The position numbers and the translations under genes are program-made. The notes under the pieces were generated by a model, which ran no database searches, was not told the DNA's origin, and was given only the letters and a program-made list of their open reading frames with translations. A stretch of DNA of 64,000 bases from Thermodesulfobacteriota bacterium (GTDB lineage: Bacteria > Desulfobacterota > Desulfobacteria > Desulfobacterales > Desulfatirhabdiaceae): the NCBI GenBank assembly GCA_040755275.1, contig JBFMBE010000002.1, forward strand, positions 4,180 to 68,179, read 5' to 3'. Each line of letters starts with the position of its first letter. The stretch's first letter is position 1. Positions 1 to 9,320 of the stretch are shown here, piece by piece.

Positions 1-1123
1 TGACGATGAACCGGAAGATAAGAACCCCGACCGTGACAATGAACACCGAAATCATGATTTCCATCCAGTGCGGGAAATACCGCTGGCTGGAGGGCAGATG
101 CCAGTTGAAGGCCACCAGCGAAATATTGAAGCGATTGACGATGATACCCAACACAGTCCATGCCGCCGTGTAACGGATCAACTTGACGTTTTTGTCGCGT
201 ACGCCCACGGCATACAAAAAGCAGGGTAAAGCGATGAATCCAAGCATTTCCACCAGAAACCAGGCCCCATATCCGGTGTTCAGGTAATGCCAGGTGTTGG
301 CCGTCGAAAGACCGATCACTTTAATGATGAAATAGCCGGCCAGAACGAGGGATGCCGCTTTTCCGAAGCCGAGGGTAACGCCCAAGGATTCCCGTTGGTG
401 GGTCTCATCCAGCTTGTCCCCGAAATAATGGTGGGAGAGGGTGCTTTCGAACAGGACCATCGACAGCCCGGCAATGATGCTCGAAACAAAGAAATATACG
501 GGCAGGTAGGTGCTGTACCAGAGTGGATGAAGCTTGGACGGTGCGATCAGGTAAAGGGCGCCCAGCGAGCTTTGGTGCAGGGTCGAAAGAACGACACCGA
601 AGATGGTCAGCACCATCGTCAATTGGACGACCAGGTTTCGGGCCCGCTTCAGGCCGAGCCATTCCAGGGCTGCAGGCGTAAATTCGATGAAGAGCACCGT
701 CAGGTAGAGCGCAACACAGGCGCCCACTTCGAAGAGCAGAGATGTTGTCCCCTGCTGGACGACGAAGGGGTAGGGCAGCCGCCAGGGTCTGCCTACATCG
801 TAGTGGAGAGCGAACACGACGAGGGCATAGCCCAGGAACCCGGTCAGGATGGCCGGACGAACGGCGGAATGAAAGCGCTTCAATCCGAAGATGTAGACAG
901 CGGCGGATGTCACATATCCGCCGGCAGCCAGGGCGACACCACAGAGCAGGTCAAATCCGATCCAAATGCCCCAGGGGTTGTCGTCGTTCAGGTTGGAGAC
1001 AGCTGCCAGCCCTCCGGTGAACCGCAGCACCGTCAGCACCAGACCCATCGCGATGATGATGCCTGCGATCAGATTGAAAGGTGTCAATACCGGTTTGTTG
1101 GAAACGGTGGTGGTTTCAGACAT
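1..1123 (-). CDS. hmcC: NrfD/PsrC-family integral membrane subunit, HmcC-like (3' end beyond left edge)
   Basis: Not in the ORF track because it has no stop inside the window. Hand translation of the minus strand from ATG 1123-1121 stays open to position 1. The product is strongly hydrophobic ([30 protein letters not shown]...NPWGIWIGFDLLCGVALAAGGY...). ATGA start/stop overlap with the upstream Fe-S subunit gene. Confidence 0.8.
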   Translation of the reverse strand, partial: MSETTTVSNKPVLTPFNLIAGIIIAMGLVLTVLRFTGGLAAVSNLNDDNPWGIWIGFDLLCGVALAAGGYVTSAAVYIFGLKRFHSAVRPAILTGFLGYALVVFALHYDVGRPWRLPYPFVVQQGTTSLLFEVGACVALYLTVLFIEFTPAALEWLGLKRARNLVVQLTMVLTIFGVVLSTLHQSSLGALYLIAPSKLHPLWYSTYLPVYFFVSSIIAGLSMVLFESTLSHHYFGDKLDETHQRESLGVTLGFGKAASLVLAGYFIIKVIGLSTANTWHYLNTGYGAWFLVEMLGFIALPCFLYAVGVRDKNVKLIRYTAAWTVLGIIVNRFNISLVAFNWHLPSSQRYFPHWMEIMISVFIVTVGVLIFRFIV

Positions 1124-2193
1124 CAGGCGTGCCCCTCCTGTTCGGCCTTTTTCTTGGCTTCTTCCAAAGCTTTCTGGACGGCCTGCTGGACGGCCGTTTC
1201 CTTTTCCTTTCGGGCCTTTTCAAGTGCGGCCGCCTTTTCGGCTTCCGCTTGTTGACGGGCCTGGGCGATTGCCGCTTGGACGGCTTCCCGTCGTTCTTCC
1301 TCGGATACCCGTTCCTTTCGCTTCGAAATGGCGTAGATACCGGTCAGAAGAACGGGCCACAGACCGACGACGATGGGCACCGCACCGAGGGCGCCGGATG
1401 TGAGCTCGGGGGCGGGGGTGATGCCCAAGTCTTCCCGCATTCCGATGGACGCGAAGGGTACACCCGAAAGATAGAGCCAACTGGTTCCACCCATTTCCGT
1501 CTCTCCGTAGATGTGATCGATGTAGCGCTCCGGGTGGCGGCGGATGCGTTCTCGGGCGATATCCAGAATGTCTTTCCGCTTTCCAAACGTGAGGGCTTCC
1601 TTCGGGCAGGCCTGAACGCACCCCGGTAGCAGGCCTTTCTGAATTCTCGGGTGGCACATCGTGCACTTCATGACACGGGGCTCGAGCGCCTTGTCGTATT
1701 CATAGGCCGGAATCTCGAAAGGACAGGCGATCATGCAGTAGCGGCAACCGACACAAACACTTGGATCGTAAACGACCGCTCCTTCAGGTGTCTTCTGGAA
1801 GGCCCGAACGAAACAAGCCGAGGCGCAGGCCGGTTCGAGGCAGTGGTTGCACTGCTTCTTGACATACACATATTTTCCGATGGATTCCGTCTGCTTCGCC
1901 GACGGAAATTTGTTGACCACGGTGTATGTCTTGGCCGTTGTTCTGCGTCTGGACTCGAGTACAGACAAATCGGTGAACGGCTTGTCCGGCACGGGCAACT
2001 CGTTGACCGTATTGCAGGCGGCTTCGCAGGATCTGCAGCCGACGCATCGGGTGATGTCGTGCAGTACGGCATAGCTGTTGGGATATCCCCTAAAGTGGGT
2101 ATTTGCGGCTCCCTGTGCAGAGGTGCGATTCATCAAGGTCCCTGCTCCGGCTGCTCCCATCCATCCCAAAAATTTTCGACGTGATAACGACAT
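1123..2193 (-). CDS. hmcB: Tat-exported 4x[4Fe-4S] ferredoxin-type subunit with C-terminal membrane anchor, HmcB-like
   Basis: 356-aa ORF with a twin-arginine signal ([15 protein letters not shown]). Several CxxCxxCxxxC(P) cluster motifs ([36 protein letters not shown]). One C-terminal TM helix, then a ~65-aa A/E/K/Q-rich tail. Lies between the 16-haem cytochrome gene and the NrfD-like gene. Confidence 0.9.
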   Translation of the reverse strand: MSLSRRKFLGWMGAAGAGTLMNRTSAQGAANTHFRGYPNSYAVLHDITRCVGCRSCEAACNTVNELPVPDKPFTDLSVLESRRRTTAKTYTVVNKFPSAKQTESIGKYVYVKKQCNHCLEPACASACFVRAFQKTPEGAVVYDPSVCVGCRYCMIACPFEIPAYEYDKALEPRVMKCTMCHPRIQKGLLPGCVQACPKEALTFGKRKDILDIARERIRRHPERYIDHIYGETEMGGTSWLYLSGVPFASIGMREDLGITPAPELTSGALGAVPIVVGLWPVLLTGIYAISKRKERVSEEERREAVQAAIAQARQQAEAEKAAALEKARKEKETAVQQAVQKALEEAKKKAEQEGHA

Positions 2194-2289
2194 GTGATAA
2201 CCTCTACGATTCCCCGGAAGTGGTTTTCAACTCCATGCTCAGCATCGATCCGCCCGGTCCGTTTATCGATTCAACGGCGGAGATGGTTT

Positions 2290-3870
2290 TTAACGGGGTT
2301 TTTCCTTGTGGCACTCGGTGCAACCCATTGGATGTTCCATGGCCATGGCCTGATGACAGCCCATGCACTGGATGTGGTAAGCTCCCATCAATGCCGGTCG
2401 GTTCATGGTGTCCGGCCGCTGTTGGACACTATGGCAACTCTGGCACGTCGGGGGTGTCAGCGAAGCGGGGCTGTTGTGGTGACATCCCTGACATAGCGTC
2501 AAGGTGTTCTGATGGAAATATGCCGCCAGTTTGCTCTTTTCGGTATTCTTCAGTAGGGTGTTCACGATCTTGCGATGCGGAAAATCAGCAGGTTGGTATT
2601 TGTCGGACAAGGTCTTGATAGCGATCTTCTCCGGGATCTTGTTCATCAGGGTGTCATCCAGAACCGTGGATACAGGTTTACGGGCTACCAAAAGCGCCTT
2701 GGCCGCTTGGACTTCTTCGGCGGGTGATTGCGGCACCGGATTCATGGTAGCAGGATCGGCCATATGACACTGGACACATAGGGCATCCGAAAGTTTCTTC
2801 TGAGCCATGGGTGCGTGGCATCCGGCGCAGGCGAGTTCGGCCTTTTTCCGATCGTGGCATCCCATGCAGGAGGTTTCGTCGCTTCGCAAATGCATGGCTT
2901 TTTCGAGGGTGACGAACTTGCCGTCCTTGGCCCCACCCGGTGTGTGGCAAACGTTGCAGGCGCTCATCTGTTTGTGATGGCATACTCGGCAGGTATCCGA
3001 ATAGGTTTCATGGGCCAGGTGATCGAAGGGAACGAAGGCGAGTTTGGCGTCTTTGGAAAGAGCCTCCTTCGACGTCTTGACGAGCACGGTATCGGGTTGC
3101 TTGCGGTTGAGGCGGGGAATATCGGTCAGCTTTTCGATCTTGGCCTGTGCAGCCGGATCGTGGCAGGATGCGCATTGGATGGGTCCCGCCTTCTTGGATG
3201 TAGCAGCCGTTTTTCGGTGACAGTCGATGCAGGCGATGTGGGATGCAAACCGATTGGCGATTCGGTTTTCCTGGGTGGTTTCCAAATGGCAATACCGACA
3301 GGTGCCTTCCTTTTCTTTGATATAGACGAGTTTCTTTGCCTGGGTGTCGTATTCGTGATGGCAGGTTTCACATTTGTTTTCGAGGGCCTTGGTGTGGCGG
3401 GCGTGAAGGGATTTGTCGAGTCCCATGGGTTTGCGATTGGAGAAGTATTTCGGGGTCTCCGTGTGGCATTCTCCGCAGGTGACGGGACCGGATTTCATGC
3501 GGGCGCTGGTTGTGCTGCGGTGGCAGGAAATGCACTGATCATGGTAGATGTTCATGAGGGTTTCGGCGCTGTCGTCCTTGAGTCGCTTGAATTTCAATGA
3601 AAGTCTGTCCTTTTCGGGAAGGTGGCAGGCCGTACAATCCTTCTGTTGTTGTTTGAGCGCTTCGGTGTGGGCATCGTGCGGAAAGAAGACGACGGGACGC
3701 TGTAGTTTGCCGAAGGTCTTCATCGTATCGATAGGGATGATGTCCGCTCGGATTCGATCCGGGGAATTCGGGGCATTGCCCTTCGCCATAGCGAACCAGG
3801 CTGTGACGAAGACGATCAGGATCAAGGTGAGAATGGAGATGGGGAGAATACGAGAGCGAATGTTTCCCAT
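2290..3870 (-). CDS. hmcA: 16-haem high-molecular-weight cytochrome c, HmcA-like
   Basis: 526-aa ORF with an N-terminal signal/anchor. I counted 16 CxxCH motifs by hand: CTACH, CISCH, CGECH, CETCH, CRYCH, CIDCH, CASCH, CRVCH, CNVCH, CMGCH, CAGCH, CVQCH, CQGCH, CQSCH, CMGCH, CTECH. Confidence 0.93.
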   Translation of the reverse strand: MGNIRSRILPISILTLILIVFVTAWFAMAKGNAPNSPDRIRADIIPIDTMKTFGKLQRPVVFFPHDAHTEALKQQQKDCTACHLPEKDRLSLKFKRLKDDSAETLMNIYHDQCISCHRSTTSARMKSGPVTCGECHTETPKYFSNRKPMGLDKSLHARHTKALENKCETCHHEYDTQAKKLVYIKEKEGTCRYCHLETTQENRIANRFASHIACIDCHRKTAATSKKAGPIQCASCHDPAAQAKIEKLTDIPRLNRKQPDTVLVKTSKEALSKDAKLAFVPFDHLAHETYSDTCRVCHHKQMSACNVCHTPGGAKDGKFVTLEKAMHLRSDETSCMGCHDRKKAELACAGCHAPMAQKKLSDALCVQCHMADPATMNPVPQSPAEEVQAAKALLVARKPVSTVLDDTLMNKIPEKIAIKTLSDKYQPADFPHRKIVNTLLKNTEKSKLAAYFHQNTLTLCQGCHHNSPASLTPPTCQSCHSVQQRPDTMNRPALMGAYHIQCMGCHQAMAMEHPMGCTECHKEKPR

Positions 3871-3959
3871 GATGCGCTTCCTTCGGTAATGGATCTTCCT
3901 GCGAATCGCCTGGATGGATCAGCCCTGATTTGGGAATGCTGGAGAGCAGTGTCCCATGT

Positions 3960-4330
3960 CATTTTTGGGGACTTTGTATCGAAAGAATTTTCTTATGTCA
4001 AATAAAAATTTCATACAGTATTTTTACGTAGCGTGACCATGATGTATTATAGAATGCCCAATAAAATATAGAATCATTTTAAGTTACCTATATTATGGTT
4101 AATATCGATGGTAGCATATAGACTAATGTTGTTATGTGGTTATACATAGAAAAATTGTATAATAAATCGGATTGAAATGTCAAATCGTTCTGAATATACT
4201 GACAATATGGAACATGTGGTTATGCATCATGGGGTCTTATTGATTCATCTATTGGTGATCATTTAGGATAATGATGATCAAGCAGGATATACGATGTTTC
4301 CATAAATGCTTTGTCGATGTATAGCGGATC
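3960..4330. promoter_or_regulatory. AT-rich divergent intergenic block between hmcA (minus) and ileS (plus)
   Basis: Two 60-nt lines hand-counted at 28% and 30% G+C, versus more than 50% elsewhere. Direct repeat ATGTGGTTAT(A/G)CAT at 4134-4147 and 4214-4227. TATAGAAT at 4048-4055 and 4067-4074. No credible long ORF. Confidence 0.5.
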
Positions 4331-4622
4331 AATGAAGTCCGTTATAAACTGCGGCGGTTCGACCGGATGCGGTGCCATTGGGACACGTTTCCGATCCAGT
4401 TCAGGGCTGCCGTCTGAAGCGGTATTCCGCCATTCTGGCGGTTGCTCGCGTGTAGCCGCCGTGAGCCAGCCTTCCATGGTTTTCCTTGACACCAATCCGG
4501 AATCTTACTAATAGTCCAGCGGATTGGTCGAGGTATCGCATCAGAAACCGCCATCCCGCTGCAATTCCAAGCAGCGGCATCGCCATACTGCTTGCGCTCC
4601 GAGAGGGCGCGGAGGATATTCC

Positions 4623-7403
4623 ATGAACGACAAGAAGGATTACAAGAAAACGTTGAACCTGCCGGTTACCGGCTTCCCGATGAAGGCCGATCTCGCCAAA
4701 AGGGAACCCGATCGGTTGAAAGCCTGGGAAGCCGTCAATCTGTACCAGCGTGTCCGGGAAGTGTCCAAAGGCCGGCCGCCATTCATCCTGCACGACGGTC
4801 CGCCATACGCCAACGGACGCATCCATATCGGAACGGCTCTGAACAAGATTCTGAAGGATATCGTTGTCCGTTCCCGACAGATGGCCGGCTTCGATGCCGT
4901 TTATGTTCCGGGATGGGATTGTCACGGGCTTCCCATCGAACACAACGTCGAAAAGGAACTGGGAGACGAAAAAGCCAGGCTCAGTCAGGCGGAGATTCGC
5001 AAGAGATGTCGTTCCTATGCGGAAACCTATATCGATATTCAGCGGGAAGAATTCAAACGCTTGGGTGTCATGGGGGAATGGGACAATCCCTATTTGACCA
5101 TGGACTATCGATATGAGGCCATCATCGCTACCGAATGCCTGAAATTCGCTCTTCAGGACAATCTCTTCCGCAGCAAGAAACCCATACACTGGTGTTGCCA
5201 GTGTCATACGGCCCTGGCAGAGGCAGAAATCGAATATGCCGATGAAGCTTCGCCTTCGATTTACGTGAAGTTTCCCCTCGTCGACGATCCCGGCATCGAG
5301 GCGCTTCGAGGCAGGAGGATCTCTGTCATCATCTGGACGACGACCCCCTGGACCATTCCGGCAAACCTTGCCATCAGCCTGCATCCCGACTTCCGCTATG
5401 CCTGCGTGGCGGTTTCGGACGAGGAAGTGTTCATCCTGGCCGCGGATCTCGTCGAGGCCTGCATGAAGGCGTTTGGCATCAGCGGATGGAGCACGCTCGC
5501 CGAAGTGTCTGCGGCAGCACTCGAAAACCTTCGCTGCAAGCATCCCTTGTATCCTAGAGACAGCCTCATTGTCTTGGGAACCCATGTAACCCTCGATGCC
5601 GGAACGGGTTGCGTTCACACAGCGCCCGGCCACGGCCGGGAAGACTACGAAGTGGGACTGAAGTACGGGCTCGACACCCTGTCTCCCGTGGACGACGAAG
5701 GCAAGTTCACGACTGAAGCCGAAGGCTTCACGGGCCAGTTCGTTTTTTCGGCCAACAAGGCCGTCATCTCCCGGTTGCAGGAAGCCGGGGCCCTCGTTTC
5801 ATCTGGAACGATTTCTCACTCCTATCCCCATTGCTGGCGTTGCAAGAAGCCCGTCATCTTTCGGGCAACCCCACAGTGGTTCATTTCCATGGAAAAGACG
5901 GGCCTGCGGCAACAGGCACTTGAAGCCATCGATACCGTGCAGTGGATTCCGAGCTGGGGACGGGAGCGCATCTACGGCATGATTCAGAACCGGCCCGACT
6001 GGTGTGTTTCCCGCCAACGCACTTGGGGGGTGCCGATCGCTATGTTCATCTGTGAGGACTGCGACGAGGCCCTGATGACCCAGCAGATCAGCGACCACAT
6101 TTTTAGGCTCTTCGAGGCACACGGTGCAGACGTTTGGTTCGAGCGGCCGGTACAAGAGCTCATACCGGCAGGCACCACTTGTCCGAAGTGCGGGAGTGCC
6201 CGGTTCAGGAAGGAAACCGACATTCTCGATGTCTGGTTCGATTCCGGTGTTTCCCATGCCGCCGTTCTGGAAGACCGACCCTACCTTGAATGGCCCGCGG
6301 ATCTCTATCTCGAAGGCAGTGACCAGCATCGCGGCTGGTTCCACAGCGCTCTGTTGACAGCTGTCGGCACCCGAAAGAAAGCGCCTTATCGGGCCGTTCT
6401 CACCCATGGATTCGTGGTGGACGCCGAAGGCAAGAAGATGTCCAAGTCTCTCGGCAACGTCATCGCACCGAAACAGGTCATCGACCGCTATGGTGCGGAA
6501 GTGCTGCGCCTGTGGGTATCGGCTTCGGATTATCGCGACGATATCCGGATTTCGGACGGCATTCTGGGGCAGTTGAGCGACGCCTATCGCCGCATTCGGA
6601 ATACCTGTCGGTTTATCCTGGGCAATCTCTTTGATTTCAATCCGGCAACGCATCGGGTTGGGTGGGAACGTCTGACTGGCATCGACCGCTATGCCCTGCT
6701 GCGGCTGCAGCAGCTCATCGCCAAGACCCGCAAGGCCTATGAAGCCTACGATTTCCACATCGTTCATCACGCCCTGTATCAGTTCTGTACAGTGGATCTG
6801 TCGGCGTTCTACCTCGATGTGTTGAAAGACCGGTTGTACACTTCCCTGGCCGACTCGACGGAGCGTCGCGCCGCCCAAACCGTGATGTTCGACACCTTGG
6901 ATGCGATGGTACGGCTCATGGCTCCCATCCTGCCCTTTACGGCGGAGGAAATTTGGGAATTCATGCCTGCATGGCCAAACAAGGAGGCCAGTGTTCATTT
7001 GACCCTGCTCCCCGAGGTGGATGAACGCCTGAAGGATCCCGAGCTCGAATCCGAATGGGATCGGCTGCTCGACATCCGTTCCGCCGTTCTCAAAGCCCTG
7101 GAAGAGGCCCGAATCGGTAAGACCATCGGTCATCCGCTCGATGCCGAGGTTCACCTGAGTGCATCCGGAGAAATGTTTGCCCTTCTCGACAAATACCGGT
7201 GGGAGCTTCAGACGATGTTCATCGTATCCCGGGTGTCGCTGGTTGCTGGAGCCTCGGAACTCGACATCCGCGTCACCAAGGCCGAAGGTTCCAAATGCGC
7301 CCGATGCTGGGTGTACGATCCGGCGGTCGGGGAAGACGTTCCCCTGGGGGAACTTTGCCCGCGCTGCAGAAAGACGGTCGAACGCCTTGAAGCTGTCCAT
7401 TGA
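4623..7403 (+). CDS. ileS: isoleucyl-tRNA synthetase
   Basis: The track ORF is 4524..7403. I start it at [14 protein letters not shown] (ATG 4623). Class I HIGH-type motif ([12 protein letters not shown]), KMSKS motif (KKMSKSLGN) and C-terminal zinc-finger cysteines (CARCW...CPRC). Confidence 0.97.
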   Translation: MNDKKDYKKTLNLPVTGFPMKADLAKREPDRLKAWEAVNLYQRVREVSKGRPPFILHDGPPYANGRIHIGTALNKILKDIVVRSRQMAGFDAVYVPGWDCHGLPIEHNVEKELGDEKARLSQAEIRKRCRSYAETYIDIQREEFKRLGVMGEWDNPYLTMDYRYEAIIATECLKFALQDNLFRSKKPIHWCCQCHTALAEAEIEYADEASPSIYVKFPLVDDPGIEALRGRRISVIIWTTTPWTIPANLAISLHPDFRYACVAVSDEEVFILAADLVEACMKAFGISGWSTLAEVSAAALENLRCKHPLYPRDSLIVLGTHVTLDAGTGCVHTAPGHGREDYEVGLKYGLDTLSPVDDEGKFTTEAEGFTGQFVFSANKAVISRLQEAGALVSSGTISHSYPHCWRCKKPVIFRATPQWFISMEKTGLRQQALEAIDTVQWIPSWGRERIYGMIQNRPDWCVSRQRTWGVPIAMFICEDCDEALMTQQISDHIFRLFEAHGADVWFERPVQELIPAGTTCPKCGSARFRKETDILDVWFDSGVSHAAVLEDRPYLEWPADLYLEGSDQHRGWFHSALLTAVGTRKKAPYRAVLTHGFVVDAEGKKMSKSLGNVIAPKQVIDRYGAEVLRLWVSASDYRDDIRISDGILGQLSDAYRRIRNTCRFILGNLFDFNPATHRVGWERLTGIDRYALLRLQQLIAKTRKAYEAYDFHIVHHALYQFCTVDLSAFYLDVLKDRLYTSLADSTERRAAQTVMFDTLDAMVRLMAPILPFTAEEIWEFMPAWPNKEASVHLTLLPEVDERLKDPELESEWDRLLDIRSAVLKALEEARIGKTIGHPLDAEVHLSASGEMFALLDKYRWELQTMFIVSRVSLVAGASELDIRVTKAEGSKCARCWVYDPAVGEDVPLGELCPRCRKTVERLEAVH

Positions 7404-7887
7404 TCGATCCTCTCTCCAATTGCTGTTCGGGATCGTGATGGGCGTCGTCCTCGTGGATCAAGTGACCAAGGCGATTCTTCTGAATACCCTTCCAACGATA
7501 GGGTCTGCGATTCCGGTGATTCCGGGGTTCTTCGACATCGTTCATGTCCGAAATCCCGGAGGAGCCTTTGGTATGTTCGCCGGAAAAAGTCCGTCGATAC
7601 GTGCTTTTTTCTTTTTGGCGGTCTCGGGGATTGCCGTTGTCCTCATGACGGTGTTCTATGTGCAACTTCCACAGCACTTTCGATGGCTGCGCGCCGGCCT
7701 GGCGCTTGTCGTCGGGGGGGCGATCGGCAATATCATCGATCGCATTCGTTTCGGCGAGGTGATCGACTTCATCGACCTGTATGTCGCCCAATGGCACTGG
7801 CCTGCCTTCAATGTGGCGGACAGCGCCATCTCCATCGGCATGGGGGTCGTGGTGCTTCATGTGCTGACCAACCGCCTTCCGGAATAG
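7387..7887 (+). CDS. lspA: lipoprotein signal peptidase II
   Basis: In frame with track ORF 7159..7887. Hydrophobic LspA-like sequence ([20 protein letters not shown]...NPGGAFGMF...[11 protein letters not shown]). The start is uncertain: TTG 7387 (overlaps the ileS stop) or ATG 7438. Conserved ileS-lspA synteny. Confidence 0.88.
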   Translation: MKLSIDRSSLQLLFGIVMGVVLVDQVTKAILLNTLPTIGSAIPVIPGFFDIVHVRNPGGAFGMFAGKSPSIRAFFFLAVSGIAVVLMTVFYVQLPQHFRWLRAGLALVVGGAIGNIIDRIRFGEVIDFIDLYVAQWHWPAFNVADSAISIGMGVVVLHVLTNRLPE

Positions 7888-7897
7888 TCGAGAACCC

Positions 7898-8659
7898 ATG
7901 CATCCGATTCTGTTCCAGTTCGGCCCGATGACGCTGTACACCTATGGGTTGCTGTTGGCTGTCGCCTTCATCGTCGGTATTGCCCTCGCCAAGAAGGAGG
8001 CGGTTCGTGTCGGCATCGATCCCAATCAGATTCTGGATCTATCTTTCTACATCCTGATATCTGCAGTCATCGGGTCCCGACTTCTCTTCATTCTGACCGA
8101 TCTCCCGCGCTTCATCGCAGATCCGATCGAAATCTTCCGGATATGGAACGGTGGTCTGGTCTTTTACGGCGGCTTTATCGGGGCTGCTCTGACCGTCGTA
8201 TTCTATCTGCGGCATACGGGGCTTGACTTCTGGAAAACGGCGGATGTGCTGGCGCCCTCCGTCGCTCTGGGACAGGCCATCGGTCGTGTCGGGTGCTTCA
8301 GTGCCGGATGCTGTTACGGAAAGATTTGTGAACTGCCGTGGGCCGTCACCTTTTCCGATCCCAACAGCCTTGCCCGCCTCAACGTCCCACTCCACCCTAC
8401 GCAGCTGTACGAGGCGTTCGGTAATCTGGTGATTTTTCTGATCCTGTGGTTCCGGCGCGCATCCATCGCCTATGAAGGGCAAACTTTTGTGCACTACCTG
8501 GTTTTCTACGGGGCCATGCGTTCGGTGGTGGAAATCTATCGGGGAGATTTCCGGGGAGACACCTATTGGAGTGTGTTTTCGGTTTCCCAACTGATCGGAA
8601 TGGGGATGATCGTCATCGGAATCATCCTGAATGCCATGAGACGTCGGCAGAATGGATGA
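7898..8659 (+). CDS. lgt: prolipoprotein diacylglyceryl transferase
   Basis: 253-aa multi-TM ORF with typical Lgt motifs (YGLLLAVAF, GGLVFYGGFIG, GRVGCFSAGCCYG, HPTQLYE). Confidence 0.93.
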   Translation: MHPILFQFGPMTLYTYGLLLAVAFIVGIALAKKEAVRVGIDPNQILDLSFYILISAVIGSRLLFILTDLPRFIADPIEIFRIWNGGLVFYGGFIGAALTVVFYLRHTGLDFWKTADVLAPSVALGQAIGRVGCFSAGCCYGKICELPWAVTFSDPNSLARLNVPLHPTQLYEAFGNLVIFLILWFRRASIAYEGQTFVHYLVFYGAMRSVVEIYRGDFRGDTYWSVFSVSQLIGMGMIVIGIILNAMRRRQNG

Positions 8660-8730
8660 AGGGGGATGGCTGATCATGGAAAACAGTCGGCAGTGGACCG
8701 TGGATGTCGGAAGGGCTCCTAGTGATCTTT

Positions 8731-8990
8731 GACGGCTTCGCAAAAAGGCCGGATGCTGTGTCGTGCTGCATCCCTCGTCGTTGCGGCGTACGTTTAAGTA
8801 CGCCTCACTCCTCGGGATTTGCACTCCTTGCCTGCAGCCTTTTTTCGAAGCCGTCCATATGATGGACTTTTTGCGAGTCCATCATCTTTGATGGAGTCTC
8901 AAAAGGCTTCCCCAGCCACCCCGCTTATGCCCTGCATTTCCCAAAAGCACGGGAAAAGCGACTTTTTGCGGGACCGTCATCTTTGACGGA
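8731..8990. repeat. composite interspersed repeat (modules W + X of the window-wide family)
   Basis: 8731-8855 is bounded by inverted termini GACGGCTTCGCAAAAAGGC / GCCTTTTTTCGAAGCCGTC. 8861-8990 contains the hairpin GATGGACT-TTTTGCG-AGTCCATC. It also carries a segment (CTCAAAAGGCTTCCCCAGCCACCCCGCTTATG...GACTTTTTGCGGGACCGTCATC) that recurs at 23430-23510 and, inverted, at 31089-31180 and 44987-45085. Confidence 0.8.
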
Positions 8991-9157
8991 GCGATGCGTG
9001 TAAACACCTGTTAAGATGTTTTGTTAATCCCAAACGAAATGATTAACGGTAGCAGACAGGATAGGGAAGGCAGAAATCAGGATGAAGCAGGCAGAGGAAA
9101 GATCGGTTTACCGCTACCATTCAAGATACACGGTGGGTGAAACTGACAGCGGAACTA

Positions 9158-9173
9158 TGGCACACCTATTGCT
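9158..9173 (+). promoter_or_regulatory. candidate sigma-54 (-24/-12) promoter, exact TGGCAC-N5-TTGC
   Basis: tggcacacctattgct matches the RpoN consensus TGGCAC-N5-TTGC(A/T) exactly. It is intergenic and points at no annotated plus-strand gene. An inverted repeat TTAATC-N11-GATTAA lies about 124 bp upstream (9024-9046). Confidence 0.35.
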
Positions 9174-9229
9174 AATATCTTTGGCAGGGTATGTGGTTAC
9201 CTCTCTTACCTCCATCTTGGCTGGGTGAA

Positions 9230-9258
9230 GTCAACCAGTCTCCTCCGGACTGGTTGAC
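9230..9258. other. perfect 11-bp stem hairpin with CCUCC-containing loop
   Basis: GTCAACCAGTC-tcctccg-GACTGGTTGAC, followed by a second nested hairpin at 9263-9289 (GGGAT-CCCTT-cggt-AAGGG-tgc-ATCCC). No U-tract on either strand. Lies just 3' of the minus-strand gene that ends at 9321. Confidence 0.5.
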
Positions 9259-9320
9259 ACCCGGGATCCCTTCGGTAAGGGTGCATCCCACCATTCGGCC
9301 AGATACTGCAGTACCTTCTC

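Noticed and set aside
287-1255. A 322-aa plus-strand ORF at the left edge, with other overlapping ORFs at 742..1629.
   Set aside because: It is antisense to the hydrophobic HmcC-like frame and to the hmcB 3' end. It has no motifs and a composition typical of shadow ORFs.
4259-4495. A 78-aa minus-strand ORF and 66-70-aa ORFs in the hmcA-ileS intergenic region.
   Set aside because: They straddle the sharp AT-rich/GC-rich boundary, lack SD sequences and lack motifs. They are probably chance ORFs.
4330-4622. A possible T-box or attenuator leader upstream of ileS.
   Set aside because: I found no match to the conserved T-box sequence (AANNNGGGTGGTACCGCG) and no specifier or terminator arrangement. 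There is only a modest 7-bp hairpin (CCGCTGC/GCAGCGG) near 4553-4580.
8731-8990. The interspersed repeats as a possible CRISPR array.
   Set aside because: The copies are dispersed over 45 kb, lie in both orientations, vary in length and have a mosaic structure. There is no regular repeat-spacer periodicity and no cas genes.
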